Assembly (NCBI RefSeq): GCF_963921235.1 | Contig: NC_086101.1 | Location: forward strand, 124,001-188,000 | Length of the DNA: 64,000 nt | Direction: 5' to 3' | Origin: Mobula hypostoma | Lineage: Eukaryota | In this document: positions 50,705 through 64,000 of the stretch, in pieces | How positions within the stretch are numbered: the stretch's first letter is position 1 | Layout: the number at the start of each line of letters is the position of its first letter | Notes under the pieces: model-generated | The model's input: the letters and a program-made list of their open reading frames with translations, nothing else | Told to the model about the DNA's origin: nothing | Databases searched by the model: none | Translations under genes and position numbers: made by a program

Positions 50705-53700
50705 ACAATCAAGATTTGAATAGCTCAGACTCAACAGAAAGCAGCTGATTGGGCAGTCGAGGTCAGGTGACCAAACATTTTGAAAAGCTCAAACAGATAA
50801 ATAGAGGGATAGCTCAAGTGAAGCGGCCAGTGCGTGAGTGGGGCAGTGAAGGAGTGGAGCTTTGAGGCTTTGACTCGAGAGATTCTGGCAGTTTTGGCAG
50901 TTGGTCTGTGCAATCAAGTCAATCAAGATTTGAATAGATCAGCAGAAAGCCGTTGATTAGACAAGCAAGATTTGAATAGCTCAGACTCAGCAGAAAGCAG
51001 CTGATTGGGCAGTCGAGGTCAGGTGACCAAACATTTTGGAAAGCTCAAACAGACAAATAGAGGGATAGCTCAAGCGAAGTGGCCAGTGCATGAGTGGGCC
51101 AGTGAAGGAGTGGAGCTTTGAGGCTTTGACTCGAGAGGCTTCGACGAGAACAGGCTGAGGACAAGCTAGCTCGCAGTTAGTTTTTACAATGTCTCCTGAG
51201 ACGGTGACGTGCCTCTCATGTGAGATGTGGCAGTCTTGGGGGAACTCCCCTCTCCCGCAGAGTCACATCTGCCAGAAGTGCATACGTCTGGGTGATCAGG
51301 AAGACCGTGTAAGGAATCTGGAGCGGCAGCTGGATGACTTGTTCTCAAGGGATATTGCAACTCTGATAAAGAAGAAGAGGGAGTTGTATGAAATGTATAG
51401 GAAACGGGGTAAATCAGGTGCTTCAGGAGTATAAGAAGTTCAAGAAAATACTTAAGAAAGAAATCAGGAGGGCTAAAAGAAGACATGAGGTTGCCTTGGC
51501 AGTCAAAGTGAAGGATAATCCAAAGAGCTTTTACAAGTATATTAAGAGCAAAAGGATTGTAAGGGATAAAATTGGTCCTCTTGAAGATCAGAGTGGTCGG
51601 CTTTGTGTGGAACCAAAGGAAATGGGGGAGATCTTAAATAGGTTTTTTGCGTCTGTATTTACTAAGGAAGCTGGCATGAAATCTATGGAATTGAGGGAAT
51701 CAAGTAGTGAGACCATGGAAACTGTACAGATTGAAAAGGAGGAGGTGCTTGCTGTCTTGAGGAAAATTAAAGTGGATAACTCCCCAGGACCTGACAGAGT
51801 GTTCCCTCGGACCTTGAAGGAGACTAGTGTTGAAATTTTAGGGGCCCTGGCAGAAATATTTAAAATGTCGCTGTCTACGGGTGAAGTGCCGGAGGATTGG
51901 AGAGTGGCTCATGTTGTTCCGTTGTTTGAAAAAGGATGGAAAAGTAATCCGGGAAATTATAGGCCTGTGAGTTTAATGTCAGTAGTAGGTAAGTTATTGG
52001 AGGGAGTACTAAGAGACAGAATCTACAAGCATTTGGATAGACAGGGGCTTATTAGGGAGAGTCAACATGGCTTAGTGCGTGGTAGGTCATATTTGACCAA
52101 TCTGTTAGAGTTTTTCGAGAAGGTTACCAGGAAAGTGGATGAAGGGAAGGCAGTGGATATTGTCTACATGGACTTCAGTAAGGCCTTTGACAAGGTCCCG
52201 CATGGGAGGTTAGTTAGGAAAATTCAGTTGCTAGGTATACATGGAGAGGTGGTAAATTGGATTAGACATTGGCTCGATGGAAGAAGCCAGAGAGTGGTGG
52301 TAGAGAATTGCTTCTCTGAGTGGAGGCCTGTGACTAGTGGTGTGCCACAGGGATCAGTGCTGAGTCCATTGTTATTTGTCATCTATATCAATGGTCTGGA
52401 TGATAATGTGGTAAATTGGATCAGCAAATTTGCTGATGATACAAAGATTGGAGGTGTAGTAGACAGTGAGGAAGGTTTTCAGAGCCTGCAGATGGACTTG
52501 GACCAGCTGGAAAAATGGGCTGAAAAATTGCAGATGGAGGTTAATACTGACAAGTGTGCGGTATTGCACGTTGGAAGGACAAACCAATGTAGAACATACA
52601 GGGTTAATGGTAAGGCACTGAGGAGTGCAGTGGAACAGAGGGAACTGGGAATACAGATACAAAATTCCCTGAAAGTGTCATCACAGGTAGATAGGGTCGT
52701 AAAGAGAGCTTTTGGTACATTGGCCTTTATTAATCGAAATATTGAGTATAAGAGCTGGAATGTTATGATGAGGTTGTATAAGGCATTGGTGAGGCTGAAT
52801 CTGGAGTATTGTGTTCAGTTTTGGTCACCAAATTACAGGAAGGATATAAGTAAGGTTGAAAGAGTGCAGAGAAGGTTTACAAGGATGTTGCCGGGACTTG
52901 AGAAACTCCGTTACAGAGAAAGGTTGAATAGGTTAGGACTTGATTCCCTGGAGCGTAGAAGAATGAGGGGAGATTTGATAGAGGTATATAAAATTATGAT
53001 GGGTATAGATAGAGTGAATGCAAGCAGTCTTTTTCCACTGAGACAAGGGGAGAAAAAAAACCAGAGGACATGGGTTAAGGGTGAGGGGGGAAAAGTTTAA
53101 AGGGAACATTAGGGGGGGCTTCTTCATACAGAGAGTGGTGGGAGTATGGAATGAGCTGCCAGATGAGGTGGTAAATGCGGGTTCTTTTTTAACAGTTAAG
53201 AATAAATTGGACAGATACATGGATGGGAGGTGTATGGAGGGATATGGTCCGTGTGCAGGTCAGTGGGACGAGGCAGAAAATAGTTTTGCACAGCCAAGAA
53301 GGGCCAAAGGGCCTGTTTCTGTGCTGTAGCTTCTATGGTTCTATGGACTTTCAACTCGTACGGGAGAATGAGGCAGTCTTAGATGAGAGCTACAGGGAGG
53401 TAGTCACACCTAGGCTGTTGGATGCAGGTGGTTGGATGACAGTTGCGGGGCGGGGGGGGGGAAGGAAAGCGAAGGTGAGCAGACAGGTAGTGCAGAGCAC
53501 CCCTGTAGCCATTCCCCTGAATAATAAGTTTACCGGCCTGGATATTGTTGGTGGGGACGACCGACCAGGTGTACGCCATGGCGGCAGGGCCTCCGGCACT
53601 GACTCTGACCTTGTGGTGCAGAAGGGTGGGATGGAGAAGAGGAGAGCTGTCGTTATTGGAGACACTATAGTCAGGGGAGCAGACAGGAGATTTTGTGGAC

Positions 53701-56700
53701 GTGAGAAGGACACACGCATGGTTTGTTGCCTCCCGGGTGCCAAGGTCTGGGATGTCTCTGACCGGGTGCATGACATCGTGGTACGAGAGGGAAAGCAACC
53801 AGAAGTCGTGATACATGTTGGTACCAACGACATAGGCAGGAAGAGGGATGAGGTCCTGAAGTGTGAGTTTCGGGAACTAGGCAGAAGGCTGAAGAATAGG
53901 ACCTCAAGGGTGGCATTCTCAGGATTGCTGCCAGTGCTACGTGACAGTGATGGTAAGAATTGGAGGAGATGGCAGTTGAATGCATGGCTGAGGAGTTGGT
54001 GCAGGGAGCAGGGTTTTAGATTTTAAGATCATTGGGATCTCTTCTGGGGAAGGTGGGATCTGTACAGATTGGATGGATTGCATCTGAACTCGAGGGGGAA
54101 CAATATCCTTGCAGGTAGGTTTGCTAGCATGGTTCGGGAGGGTTTAAACTAATTTGCGAGGGGGATGGGACCCAGAGCGATAGAGCAGTGAAAGAAGTGC
54201 ATGGAGTAAAGCCAGATCTAACATACAGAGAGGCTTTGAGGAAAGAGAAGCGGAATAAACAGTGTAAAGACAGTAAGGTAGAAGGACTGAAATGTGTGTA
54301 CCTCAGTGCAAGAAGCATCAGGAACAAAGGTGATGAACTAAGAGCTTGGATACATACATGGAATTATGATGTAGTGGCCACTACAGATACTTGGCTGGCA
54401 CCAGGGCAGGAATGGATTCTCAATATTCCTGGATTTCAGTGTTTTAATACGAATAGAGAGGGCGGAAAAAGGGGAGGAGGGGTGGCATTACTGGTCAGGG
54501 ATACTATTACAGCTACAGAAAGGGTGGGTAATGTAGCAGGATCCTCTTTTGAGTCAATATGGGTGGAAGTCAGGAACAGGAAAGGAGCAGTTACTCTCCT
54601 GGGGGTATTCTATAGGCTCCCTGGTAGCAGCAGAGATACAGAGGAGCAGATTGGGAGGCAGATTTTGGGAAGGTGAAAAGATAACAGGGTTGTTATCATG
54701 GGTGACTTTAACTTCCCTAATATTGATTGGCACCTGATTAGTTCCAAGGGTTTAGATGGGGCAGATTTGTTAAGTGGATTCATGTCACAGTATGTGGACA
54801 GGCTGACCAGGGGGAATGCCATACTAGATCTGGTACAAGGTAATGAACCGGGTAAGGGCACAGATCTCTCAGTGGGTGAGCATCTGGGGGACAGTGACAA
54901 TCACTCCCTGGCCTTTAGCATTACCATGGAAAAGGATAGAATCAGAGAGGACAGGAAAACCATTAATTGGGGAAAGGCAAATTATGAGGCTATAAGGCTG
55001 GGACTTGCGGGTGTGAATTGGGATGATGTTTTTGCAGGGAAATGTACTAAGGACATGTGGTTAATGTTTAGAGATCTCTTGCAGGATGTTAGGGATACAT
55101 TTGTCCCAGTGAGGAAGATAAAGAATGGTAGGGTGAAGGAACCATGGGTGACAAGTGAGGTGGAAAATCTAGTCAGGTGGAAGAAGGCAGTATACATGAG
55201 GTTTAGGAAGCAAGGATCAGATGGGTCTATTGAGGAATATAGGGAAGCAAGAAAGGAGCTTAAGAAGGTGCTGAGAAGAGCAAGAAGGGGGCATGAGAAG
55301 ACCTTGGCGAGTAGGGTTAAGGAAAACCCCGAGGCATTCTTCAATTATGTGAAGAAAAAAAGGATGACAGGAGCGAAGGTAGGACCGACTAGAGATAAAG
55401 GTGGGAAGATGTGCCTGGACGCTGTGGAAGTGAGCGAGGTCCTCAATGAATACCTCTCTTCAGTATTCACCAATGAGAGGGAACTTGATGATGGTGAGGA
55501 CAATATGAGTGAAGTTGATGTTCTGGAGCATGTTGATATTAAGGGAGAGGAGGTGTTGGAGTTATTAAAATACATTAAGACAGATAAGTCCCCGGGGCCT
55601 GACGGAATATTCCCCAGGCTGCTCCACAAGGCGAGAGAGGAGATTGCTGAGTCTCTGGCTAGGATCTTTATGTCCTTGTTGTCCACGGGAATGGTACCAG
55701 AGGATTCGAGGGAGGCGAATGTTGTCCCCTTGTTCAAAAAAGGTAGTAGGGATAGTCCGGGTAATTATAGCCCAGTGAGCCTTACGTCTGTGGTGGGAAA
55801 GCTGCTGGAAAAGATTCTTAGAGATAGGATCTATAGGCATTTAGAGAATCATAGTCTGATCAGGGACAGTCAGCATGGCTTTGTGAAGGGCAGATCGTGT
55901 CTAACAAGCTAGATAGAGTTCTTTGAGGAGGTGACCAGGTATATAGATGAGGGTAGTGCAGTGGATGTGATCTACATGGATCTTGGTAAGGCATTTGACA
56001 AGGTTCCACACTGTAGGCTTATTCAGAAAGTTAGAAGGCATGGGATCCAGGGAAGTTTGGCCAGGTGGATTCAGAATTGCCTTGCCTGCAGAAGGCAGAG
56101 GGTGGTGGTGGAGGGAGTACATTCAGATTGGAGGATTGTGACTAGTGGTGTCCCACAAGGATTTGTTCTGGGACCTCTACTTTTCGTGATTTTTATTAAT
56201 GACCTGGATGTGGGGGTAGAAGGGGGGGTGGCAGGTTTGCAGACGACACAAATGTTGGTACTGTTGTAGATGGTGAAGAGGATTGTCAAAGGTTGCAGAG
56301 AGACATGGATAGGATGCAGGAGTGGGCTGAGAAGTGACAGATGGAGTTCAACCCATAGAAGTGTGAGGTGGTACACTTTGGAAGGACAAATTACAAGGCA
56401 GAGTACAAAGTAAATGGCAGGATACTTGGTAGTGTGGAGGAGCAGAGGGATCTCGGGGTACATGTCCACAGATCCCTGAAAGTTGCATCACAGGTGGATA
56501 GGGTAGTTAAGAAAGCTTATAGGGTGTTAGCTTTCATAAGTCAAGGGATAGAGTTTAAGAGTCGCGATGTAATGATGTAGCTCTATAAAACTCTGGTTTG
56601 GCACACTTGGAGTACTGTGTCCATTTCTGGTCACCTCACTGTAGGAATGATGTGAAAGCATTGGAAAGGGTACTGAGGAGATTTACCAGGATGCTGCCTG

Positions 56701-57134
56701 GTTTAGAGACTATGCATTATGATCAGAGATCAAGGGAGCTGGGGCTTTACTCTTTGGGGAGAAGGAGGATGAGAGGAGACATAATAGAGGTGTACAAGAT
56801 AATAAGAGGAATAGATAGTGGATAGCCAGCACCTCTTTCCCAGGGCACCACTGCTGAATACAAGAGGACATGGCTTTAAGGTAAGGCGTGGGAAGTTCAA
56901 GGGGGATATTAGAGGAAGGTTTTTTACTCAGAGTGTTTTGTGCGTGGAATGCAATGCCAGAGTCAGTGGTAGAGGCAGATACACTAGTGAAGTTTAAGAG
57001 ACTACTAGTCAGGTATATGGAGAAATTTAAGGTGGGGGCTTATATGGGAGGCAGGGTTTGAGGGTTGGCACAATATTGTGGGCCGAAGGGCCTGCACTGT
57101 GCTGTACTATTCTATGTTGTATGTTCTATGTTCT
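50705..57134 (+). mobile_element. CR1 family B, near full length, 9-bp TSD ATCTTTCAA
   Basis: TSD at 50696-50704 and 57135-57143; 5' tandem repeats, ORF1 from 51189, ORF2 to ~57000. Confidence 0.95.
51339..53345 (+). mobile_element. CR1 family C RT (570-aa ORF) nested in CR1-B ORF1
   Basis: ORF 51388-53100; 'gactt' at both ends. Confidence 0.93.
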
Positions 57135-57414
57135 ATCTTTCAAGAACCACCTGATTCTAGCATGGTCCTGGAGGACTGGAAAATAGAAAATTGCTCTCTT
57201 TAAGAAGGGAATTTATGAAAGGAAATTATAGACCAGTTAGCCTGACCGCAGTAGTTGGAAACGTCATATTCGTCTTTTTTCGAGGATAACTTTTGAAGGT
57301 ATTTGGATACTAATGATAAAGTAAGTCTATGTCAGCATGGTTTCTGTTAAAGGTAATCCTGCCTGACAAATCTGGTAGAAGCCTTTGAGGAAGTGTTAGA
57401 GGTCTATGAGGAAG

Positions 57415-60400
57415 TGTTCACTGTGAAATTTGAGAAAGAGAAGCTGAAATCCGATGTGTCGGTATGTCAGTGGAGTAAAGGAAATTACAGTGGTATGAGA
57501 GAGGAACTGGCCAAAGTTGACTGGAAAGAGACACTGGTGGGAAAGACGGCAGAGCAGCAGTGGCTGGAGTTTATGTGAGAAGTGAGGAGGGTGCAAGAGA
57601 GATATATTCCAGAAAAGAAGAAATTTTCGAATGGAAAAAGGATGCAACCGTGGCTGACGAGAAAAGTCAAAGCCAAAGTTAAAGGAAAGAAGAGGGCATA
57701 CAAGGAAGAAAAAATTAGTGGGAAGACAGAGGACTGGGAAGTTTTTAAAAGCTTACGAAAGGAAACTAAGAAGATCATTAAGAGGGAAAAGATAAACTAT
57801 GAAAAGAGGCTAGCAAATAATATCAAAGAGGATACTAAAAGCTTTTTCAAGTATATGAAGAATAAAAGACAGATGACGGTAGATATGGGACCGATAGAAA
57901 ATGATGCTGGAGAAATTATAATGGGAGATAAGGAGATGGCGGAGGAACTGAACGAGTATTTTGCGTCATTCTTCATTGAGGAAGACACCAGCAGTATACC
58001 GGACACTCATGGGTGTCACAGAAGAGAAGTGTGCGCAGTTACAATTACGACAGAGAAAGTACTCAAGAAGCTGATTAGTATAAGGGTAGATAAATCTCCT
58101 GGACCAGATGTAATGCACCGTCGTGTTCTGAAGGAAGTAGCTGTGCAGATTGCGGAGGCATTAGCAATGATCTTTCAAAAGTCGATAGATTCTGGCATGG
58201 TTCTGGAGGACTGGAAGATTGCAAATGTCACTCCGCTATTTAAGAAGGGAGCGAGGAAGCAAAAAGGAAATTATAGAATGGTTAGCTTGACATTGGTGGT
58301 TGGGATGTTGTTGGAGTCGATTGTCAAAGATGATGTTACGGAGTACCTGGAGGTATATTACAAGGTAGGCAGAACTCAGCAAGATTTCAATAAAGGAAAA
58401 TCCTGCCTGACAAACCTATTACAATTTTTTGAGGAAATTACCAGTAGGCTAGACAAGGGAGATGCAGTGGATGTTGTATATTTGGATTTTGAGAAGGCCT
58501 TTGACAAGGTGCCACACATGAGGCTACTTAACAAGATAAGAGCCCATGGAATTACGGGCAAGTTACATACGTGGATAGGGCGTTGGCTGATTGGCAGGAA
58601 ACAGAAAGTGGGAATAAAGGGATTCTATTCTGGGTTGGCTGCCGGTTACCAGTGGTGTTCCACAGGGGTCCGTGTTGGGGCTGCTTCTTTTTACGTTGTA
58701 CATCAACGACTTCGGTTGTGGAATAGATGGCTTTGTGTCTAAGTCTGATGATGATACAAAGATAGGTGGAGGGGCCGATAGTGCTGAGGAAACAGAGAGT
58801 CTGCAGAGTGACTTGGATTGATTGGGAGAGTGGGCAAGTAAGTGGCAAAGATGGGGCAAAGATCAGTCCTCCGGAACCATGCCAGAATCTACTGACTTTT
58901 GAAAGATCATTGCTAATGCCTCCACAATCTGCACAGCTACTTCCTTCAGAACACAACGGTGCATTCCATCTGATCCGGGAGATTTATCTACCCTTAGACT
59001 ATTCAGCTTCCTGAGTACTTTCTCTGTCGTAACTGAGACTGCACACACTTCTCTTCCCTGACATCCTTGAGTGTCCGGTATACTTACAATGAAAGATCAG
59101 GGGCAAAGATGGTGCAATCCTGGTCATATTACGATCAAGGAACGTGTTTGTTGCCCGGATATTGAACTTTTTGTTTTTGGACTCTGGCCATATTATTTGC
59201 TAAGGGAAATCTCGCATGCAATTGTGGTTGTTGTGTACATCCCTCGCTCTGCCAACCCGACGTCGGCGTGTAACATCATTTACACCGTCATAACCAGATT
59301 ACAAACACAGCACCCGAGTGCCCTCATTACTATCTTGGGTGACTTCAACCATGTTACCATGGCTAGAAAACTGCCCAACTTCACGCAGTATGTGAGCTGT
59401 ACAACAGAGGGGAGAGGACTCTGGATTTGATGTACGCTAACGTTGAGGATGCATACAGCTCCGCTCCCCTCTCCCCATTGTGAAGGTCAGATCACAACTT
59501 AGTGCTTCTAAAACTCTGCTACGTGCCTCTGGTGAAGAGTAAACCTGCAACCTCGAGGACAGTGAGGAAATGGTCGGAGGAGGCTTATGAGGCGCTCCCG
59601 GGTTGTTTTGAGGTGGCAGACTGGGAGGCACTCTGAGCCACATGGAGAGGATATTGATGGGCTCGCAGAGTGCATCACTGATTACATCAACTTCTGTGTA
59701 GACGGCAATGTTCCGACAAGAACTGTCCTTTGTTATTCAAATAACAAGCCATTGGTAACAAAGGACATTAAGGACATCCTGAACGCTAAAAAGAGGGCGT
59801 TTAGAGATGGAAATAGGGAGGAGCTGAGGGCAATACAGAGGGACCTGAAAGCCAGGATCAGGGAGGCTAAAGACAGGTACAGGAGGAAGCTTGAGTGGAA
59901 ACTCCAGCAGAACAACATGAGACAGGTCTGGAGTGGGATGAGGACCATCACTGGGTTCTGGAAAACTAGCAACAGAGGAGCTGAAGGCAGTGTGGACAGT
60001 GCCAACAAACTTAACCTGTTCTTTAACAGATTTGACTTTGTGGTCCCTGCCCATCCCCCACATGAGTCATCTGTTGTCCGCCCCCAACCAACACATATTC
60101 CACTCTCCCCTCCTACCCCTCACAGTCCCCCACCCTGCTCTCATGACTATACCCCTTCCCCTGGTTTCCCTACCAGCCCCAACTAGGAGTTGAGGATGCC
60201 ATGGTTTACCTGCTGAACCGTGTCTACGCCCACCTGGACAAGCCAGTGAGCACTGTGAGGGTTATGTTTTTTGACTTCTCCAGTGCATTCAACACCATCT
60301 GCCCTGCTCTGCTGGGGGAGAAGCTGACAGCGATGCAGGTGGATGCTTTCCTGGTGTCATGGATTCTTGATTACCTGACTGGCAGACCACAGTACGTGTG

Positions 60401-62198
60401 CTTGCAACACTGTGTGTCCGACAGTGATCAGCAGCACTGGGGCTCCACAGGGGACTGTCTTGTCTCCCTTTCTCTTCACCATTTACACCTCGGACTTCAA
60501 TTACTGCACAGAGTCTCGTCATCTTCAGAAGTTTTCTGATGACTCTGCCATAGTTGGATGCATCAGCAAGGGAGATGAGGCTGAGTACAGGGCTATGGTA
60601 GGAAACTTTGTCACGTGGTGTGAGCAGAACTACCTGCAGCTTAATGTGAAAAAGAGTAAGGAGCTGATGGTAGACCTGAGGAGAGTTAAGGCACTGGTGA
60701 CCCCTGTTTCCATCCAGGGGGTCAGTGTGGACATGGTGGAGGATTACAAATACCTGGGGATACGAATTGACAATAAACTGGACTGGTAAAAGAACACTGA
60801 AGCTATCTACAAGAAGGGTCAGAGCCGTCTCTATTTTCTGAGGAGATGGAGGTCCTTTAACATCTGTCCGACGATGCTGAAGATGTTCTACGAGTCTGTG
60901 GTGACCAGTGCGATCATGTTTGCTGTTGTGTGCTGGGGCAGCAGGCTGAGGGTAGCAGACACCAACAGAATCAACAAACTCATTTGTAAGGCCAGTGATG
61001 TTGTGGGGATGGAACTGGACTCTCTGACGGTGGTGTCTGAAAAGAGGATGCTGTCCAAGTAGCATGCTATCTTGGACAATGTCTCCCATCCAATACAGGG
61101 CACAGGAGTACATTCAGTCAGAGACTCATTCCTCCGACATGCAGCACAGAGCGTCATAGAAAGTCATTCCTGCCTGTGGCCATCAAACTTTACAACTCCT
61201 CGCTTGGAGGGTCAGACACCCTGAGCCAATACGCTGGTCCTGGACTTATTTCCTGGCATAATTCACATATTACAATTTAATTATTTATGGTTTTTTTTTA
61301 CTATTTAATTACTTATGGTGCAACTGTAACGAAAACCAAGTTCCCCCGGGATCAATAAAGTATGACTATGACTAAATGAAATACAATGTTGGAAATTGTA
61401 TCGGTATGCACTTTGGCAGAAGAAATAAACGGGCAGACTATTATCTAAATGGGGAGAGAATTCAAAGTTCTGAGATGCAACGGGACTTGGGAGTCCTCGT
61501 GCAGGATACCCTTAAAGTTAACCTTCAGGTTGAGTCGGTGGTGAAAGAGGCGAATGCAATGTTGGCATTTATTTCTGGAGGAATAGAGTATAGGAGCAGG
61601 GATGTGATTTTGAGGCTCTATACGGCGCTGGTGAGACCTCACTTGGAGTACTGTGGGCAGTTTTGGGCTCCTTATTTAAGAAATGATGTGCTGACGTTGG
61701 AGAGGGTTCAGAGAAGATTCACGAGCATGTTTCCGGGAATGAGAGGGTTAACATATGAGGAAAGTTTGTCGCCTCTTGGACTGTATTTCTTGGGGTTTAG
61801 ATGAATGAGGTGGGACCTCACAGAAACATTTCGAATGTTGAAAGGCATGGACAGAGTGGATGTGGCAAAGTTGTTTCCCATGATGGGGGAGTCTAGTACG
61901 AGAGGGCATGACTTAAGGTTTGAAGGGCGCCCATTCAGAACAGAGAAGCGAAGAATTTTTTTTTAGCCAGAGGGTGGTGAATCTGTGGAATTTGTTGCTC
62001 CGGGTGGCAGTGGAGGCCAAGTCATTGGGTGTACTTAAGGCAGAGATTGATGGGTATCTGAGTAGCCAGGGCATCAAAGGTTATGGTGAGAAGGTGGGGA
62101 AGTGGGACTAAATGGGAGAATGGATCAGCTCATGAAAAAATTGCGGAGCTGACTCGATGGGCCGACTGGCCAACTTCTGCTCCTTTGTCTTATGGTCT
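57415..62198 (+). mobile_element. CR1 family D, 5'-truncated, split by Rex (57415-58850, 61374-62198)
   Basis: 386-aa ORF 57582-58742; resumes at aaatgaaatacaatg. Confidence 0.9.
59085..61373 (+). mobile_element. Rex1/Babar, longest copy (APE and RT, internal deletion at ~60160)
   Basis: VYIP, GDFNH, FFDFSSAFNT, GAPQGTVLSP, KFSDDS; TATGAC tail. Confidence 0.92.
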
Positions 62199-64000
62199 AA
62201 GTGAAAAGGAGGGTGGACAAATGAAAGGCAATGGATATCATTTACTTGGATTTTCAGAAGGCCTTTGATAAGGTATCACACACGAGGCTGCCAAAGAAGG
62301 TAAATTGCTATGGAAAGGTACTGACATGGATAGAGGAATAGCTGATAGTCTGGAGATTTCCAGTGGGAATAAAGGGGAGCTTTTCAGGTTAACTGCCAGT
62401 GACTGGTGGTGTTCCTCAGAGGTCAGTATTGGGACCGCTACTTTTCGCATTATTTGTCAAGGATTTAAATAATGGGATTGTGGCAAAGTTTGCGGGTGAT
62501 GGAAAGATAGGTGGAGGGGTAATTTGCGTTGAGGAAGCAATGTGATTGCAGTAGGGCTTAGACAAATTTGAAGAACTGTGAAAAAAGTGGCAGATTGTAT
62601 ACAGTGTTGGCAAATGTATGATAATGCATCTTGGTCTGAGGGATAATAGTGCGGACTATTATTTAAATTGGGAGAACATTCAAGCATCAGAGGTGCAGGG
62701 GCCTTGGGGGTTCTCGTGCAAGAATCCAGGAAGGTGATTTCACAGGTTGAGTCTGTGGTAAAGAAGGGAAATGCAATGTTGGCTTTTCTTTGAAGGGGAG
62801 TAGAATATTTAAGCAAGGAGATAATGCTGAGCCTTTATAAGACAGAAGTCAGGCTGTACATGGAGTTTTGTCAACGCTTTGGGTCCCATATCTCAGAAAG
62901 GAAGGGGGTTCTCATTGAAACCTACAGAGTATTTTGTCACATACCTCGTGACGGGTTAATGACCCAGCAGCAATGGAAAACACCTTGGAATCCAGTATTG
63001 CTATTAACTAATAATATTTATTAGTAACTATGCAATACAGTAAAATAAATGCAGATAAATCAACAGGTTAGCAATGACTATATAAGTAAGTGTGGAATAT
63101 ATATGAAAACCAAGCTTCTTCAAGTCTTGGGGTAAATAGATAGTCTTATGATAGTGAGGAAAGTTCAGTTCATTTCGTCGTATTGAGTTAAGTAGCGATG
63201 GGGAGAGAGAGAGAGAGATTTGAGTCTTCAGGTGAGCTAATGCAGTCGATTTTCCGGTTATCCTCCGAAATCCTTTTTGGTCACCGACTGTGACCACAAT
63301 AAAGGGGACCTTTCCTCCGTAGTGGAATCATCAACCCAGACAAGGATAATACACATGGACAACTCCCCACCAGTCACTCCCTTTTCAGACTGCGAGAGCC
63401 ACTGATCGATCCTCCAAAAACCCACTTCTTCTTGGGCCCAACAAAGTTCATTCAGTGTCCAAAATCATGTGTCTCAGTTCTATCCTCTGACATTCTATTT
63501 ATCTCACCATACTGAGTACCAACTGTCTGTCAAATAACTTTTTTTTGTCTGTGTAAGAATATACAAGCAAGTAATGACCTTGGAGAAAGTATAAAGAACC
63601 TGTGAGCGCGCTTTCTCTCACTTTCTCTCACTTTCTCTCTCCAAAAGCACAGTTCATGGGGGTAATCAAGCACAGTTTATAGGGGTAATTCAAGACCCCA
63701 TCACAGTTGACAGGACTCGACGGGGGGGGGGTTGTGGAGTGATTGTTTCAGGTGGTGGGGATATCCAGACTAGAGGGAACAGCCTCAACATTGAGGGGAA
63801 ACCTTTTTGAACAAAGGTGAGGAGGAATATTTTTAGCCAGAGAGTAGTGACCTTGTGGAATACCCTGCCACAGACTGTGGTGGAGGCTGTCTGTGGATAA
63901 ATTTCAGATGGAAGTTGATCATTTCCTGGTCGATCAGACCATCAGTCCATCTAAGGATATGGCGAATGGGCTGAATGGCCTAATTCTGCTCCTATGTCTA
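62199..64000 (+). mobile_element. Old CR1, RT to 3' hairpin, split by an LTR
   Basis: [11 protein letters not shown], decayed RT, gggctgaatggcct at the end. Confidence 0.8.
62935..63705 (-). mobile_element. Probable solo LTR, ~770 bp
   Basis: TGTCACA...TCACA termini; interrupts CR1; AATAAA on the minus strand; TSD degenerate. Confidence 0.7.

Noticed and set aside
51388..53100. 570-aa RT ORF as an active or domesticated gene
   Set aside because: 5'-truncated nested CR1-C copy with no endonuclease or promoter and a frameshift near its end.

Overview
Vertebrate genomic DNA, most likely a cartilaginous fish (ray/shark; inferred from recalled repeat families, not a database hit). It is almost entirely nested, decayed retrotransposons. 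These include at least six CR1 LINE families (my labels A-F), four near-full-length with a zinc-finger/coiled-coil/SGNH-esterase ORF1 and an APE-RT ORF2. There are also six Rex1/Babar copies, two old Nimb/I-clade LINEs (RNase H seen in one), Penelope-type terminal repeats with minimal hammerhead-ribozyme motifs, RTE-like fragments, solo LTRs and a miniature sushi-like LTR element. No ORF2 is intact and no host protein can be named. Three small non-repeat islands remain: a CpG-rich candidate exon (~198-388), an NRF1-rich CpG promoter (~6520-6860) and a ZNF143/CCAAT/acceptor island (~45765-46110). The most striking signal is at the CR1 ORF1/ORF2 junction. In three families ORF1 ends in U_UUA_AAC followed by the stop codon, a canonical -1 slippery heptamer in the correct phase. 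ORF2 continues in the -1 frame and family B has no AUG before the endonuclease, which suggests programmed -1 ribosomal frameshifting. Coordinates were read by eye and may be off by a few bases.
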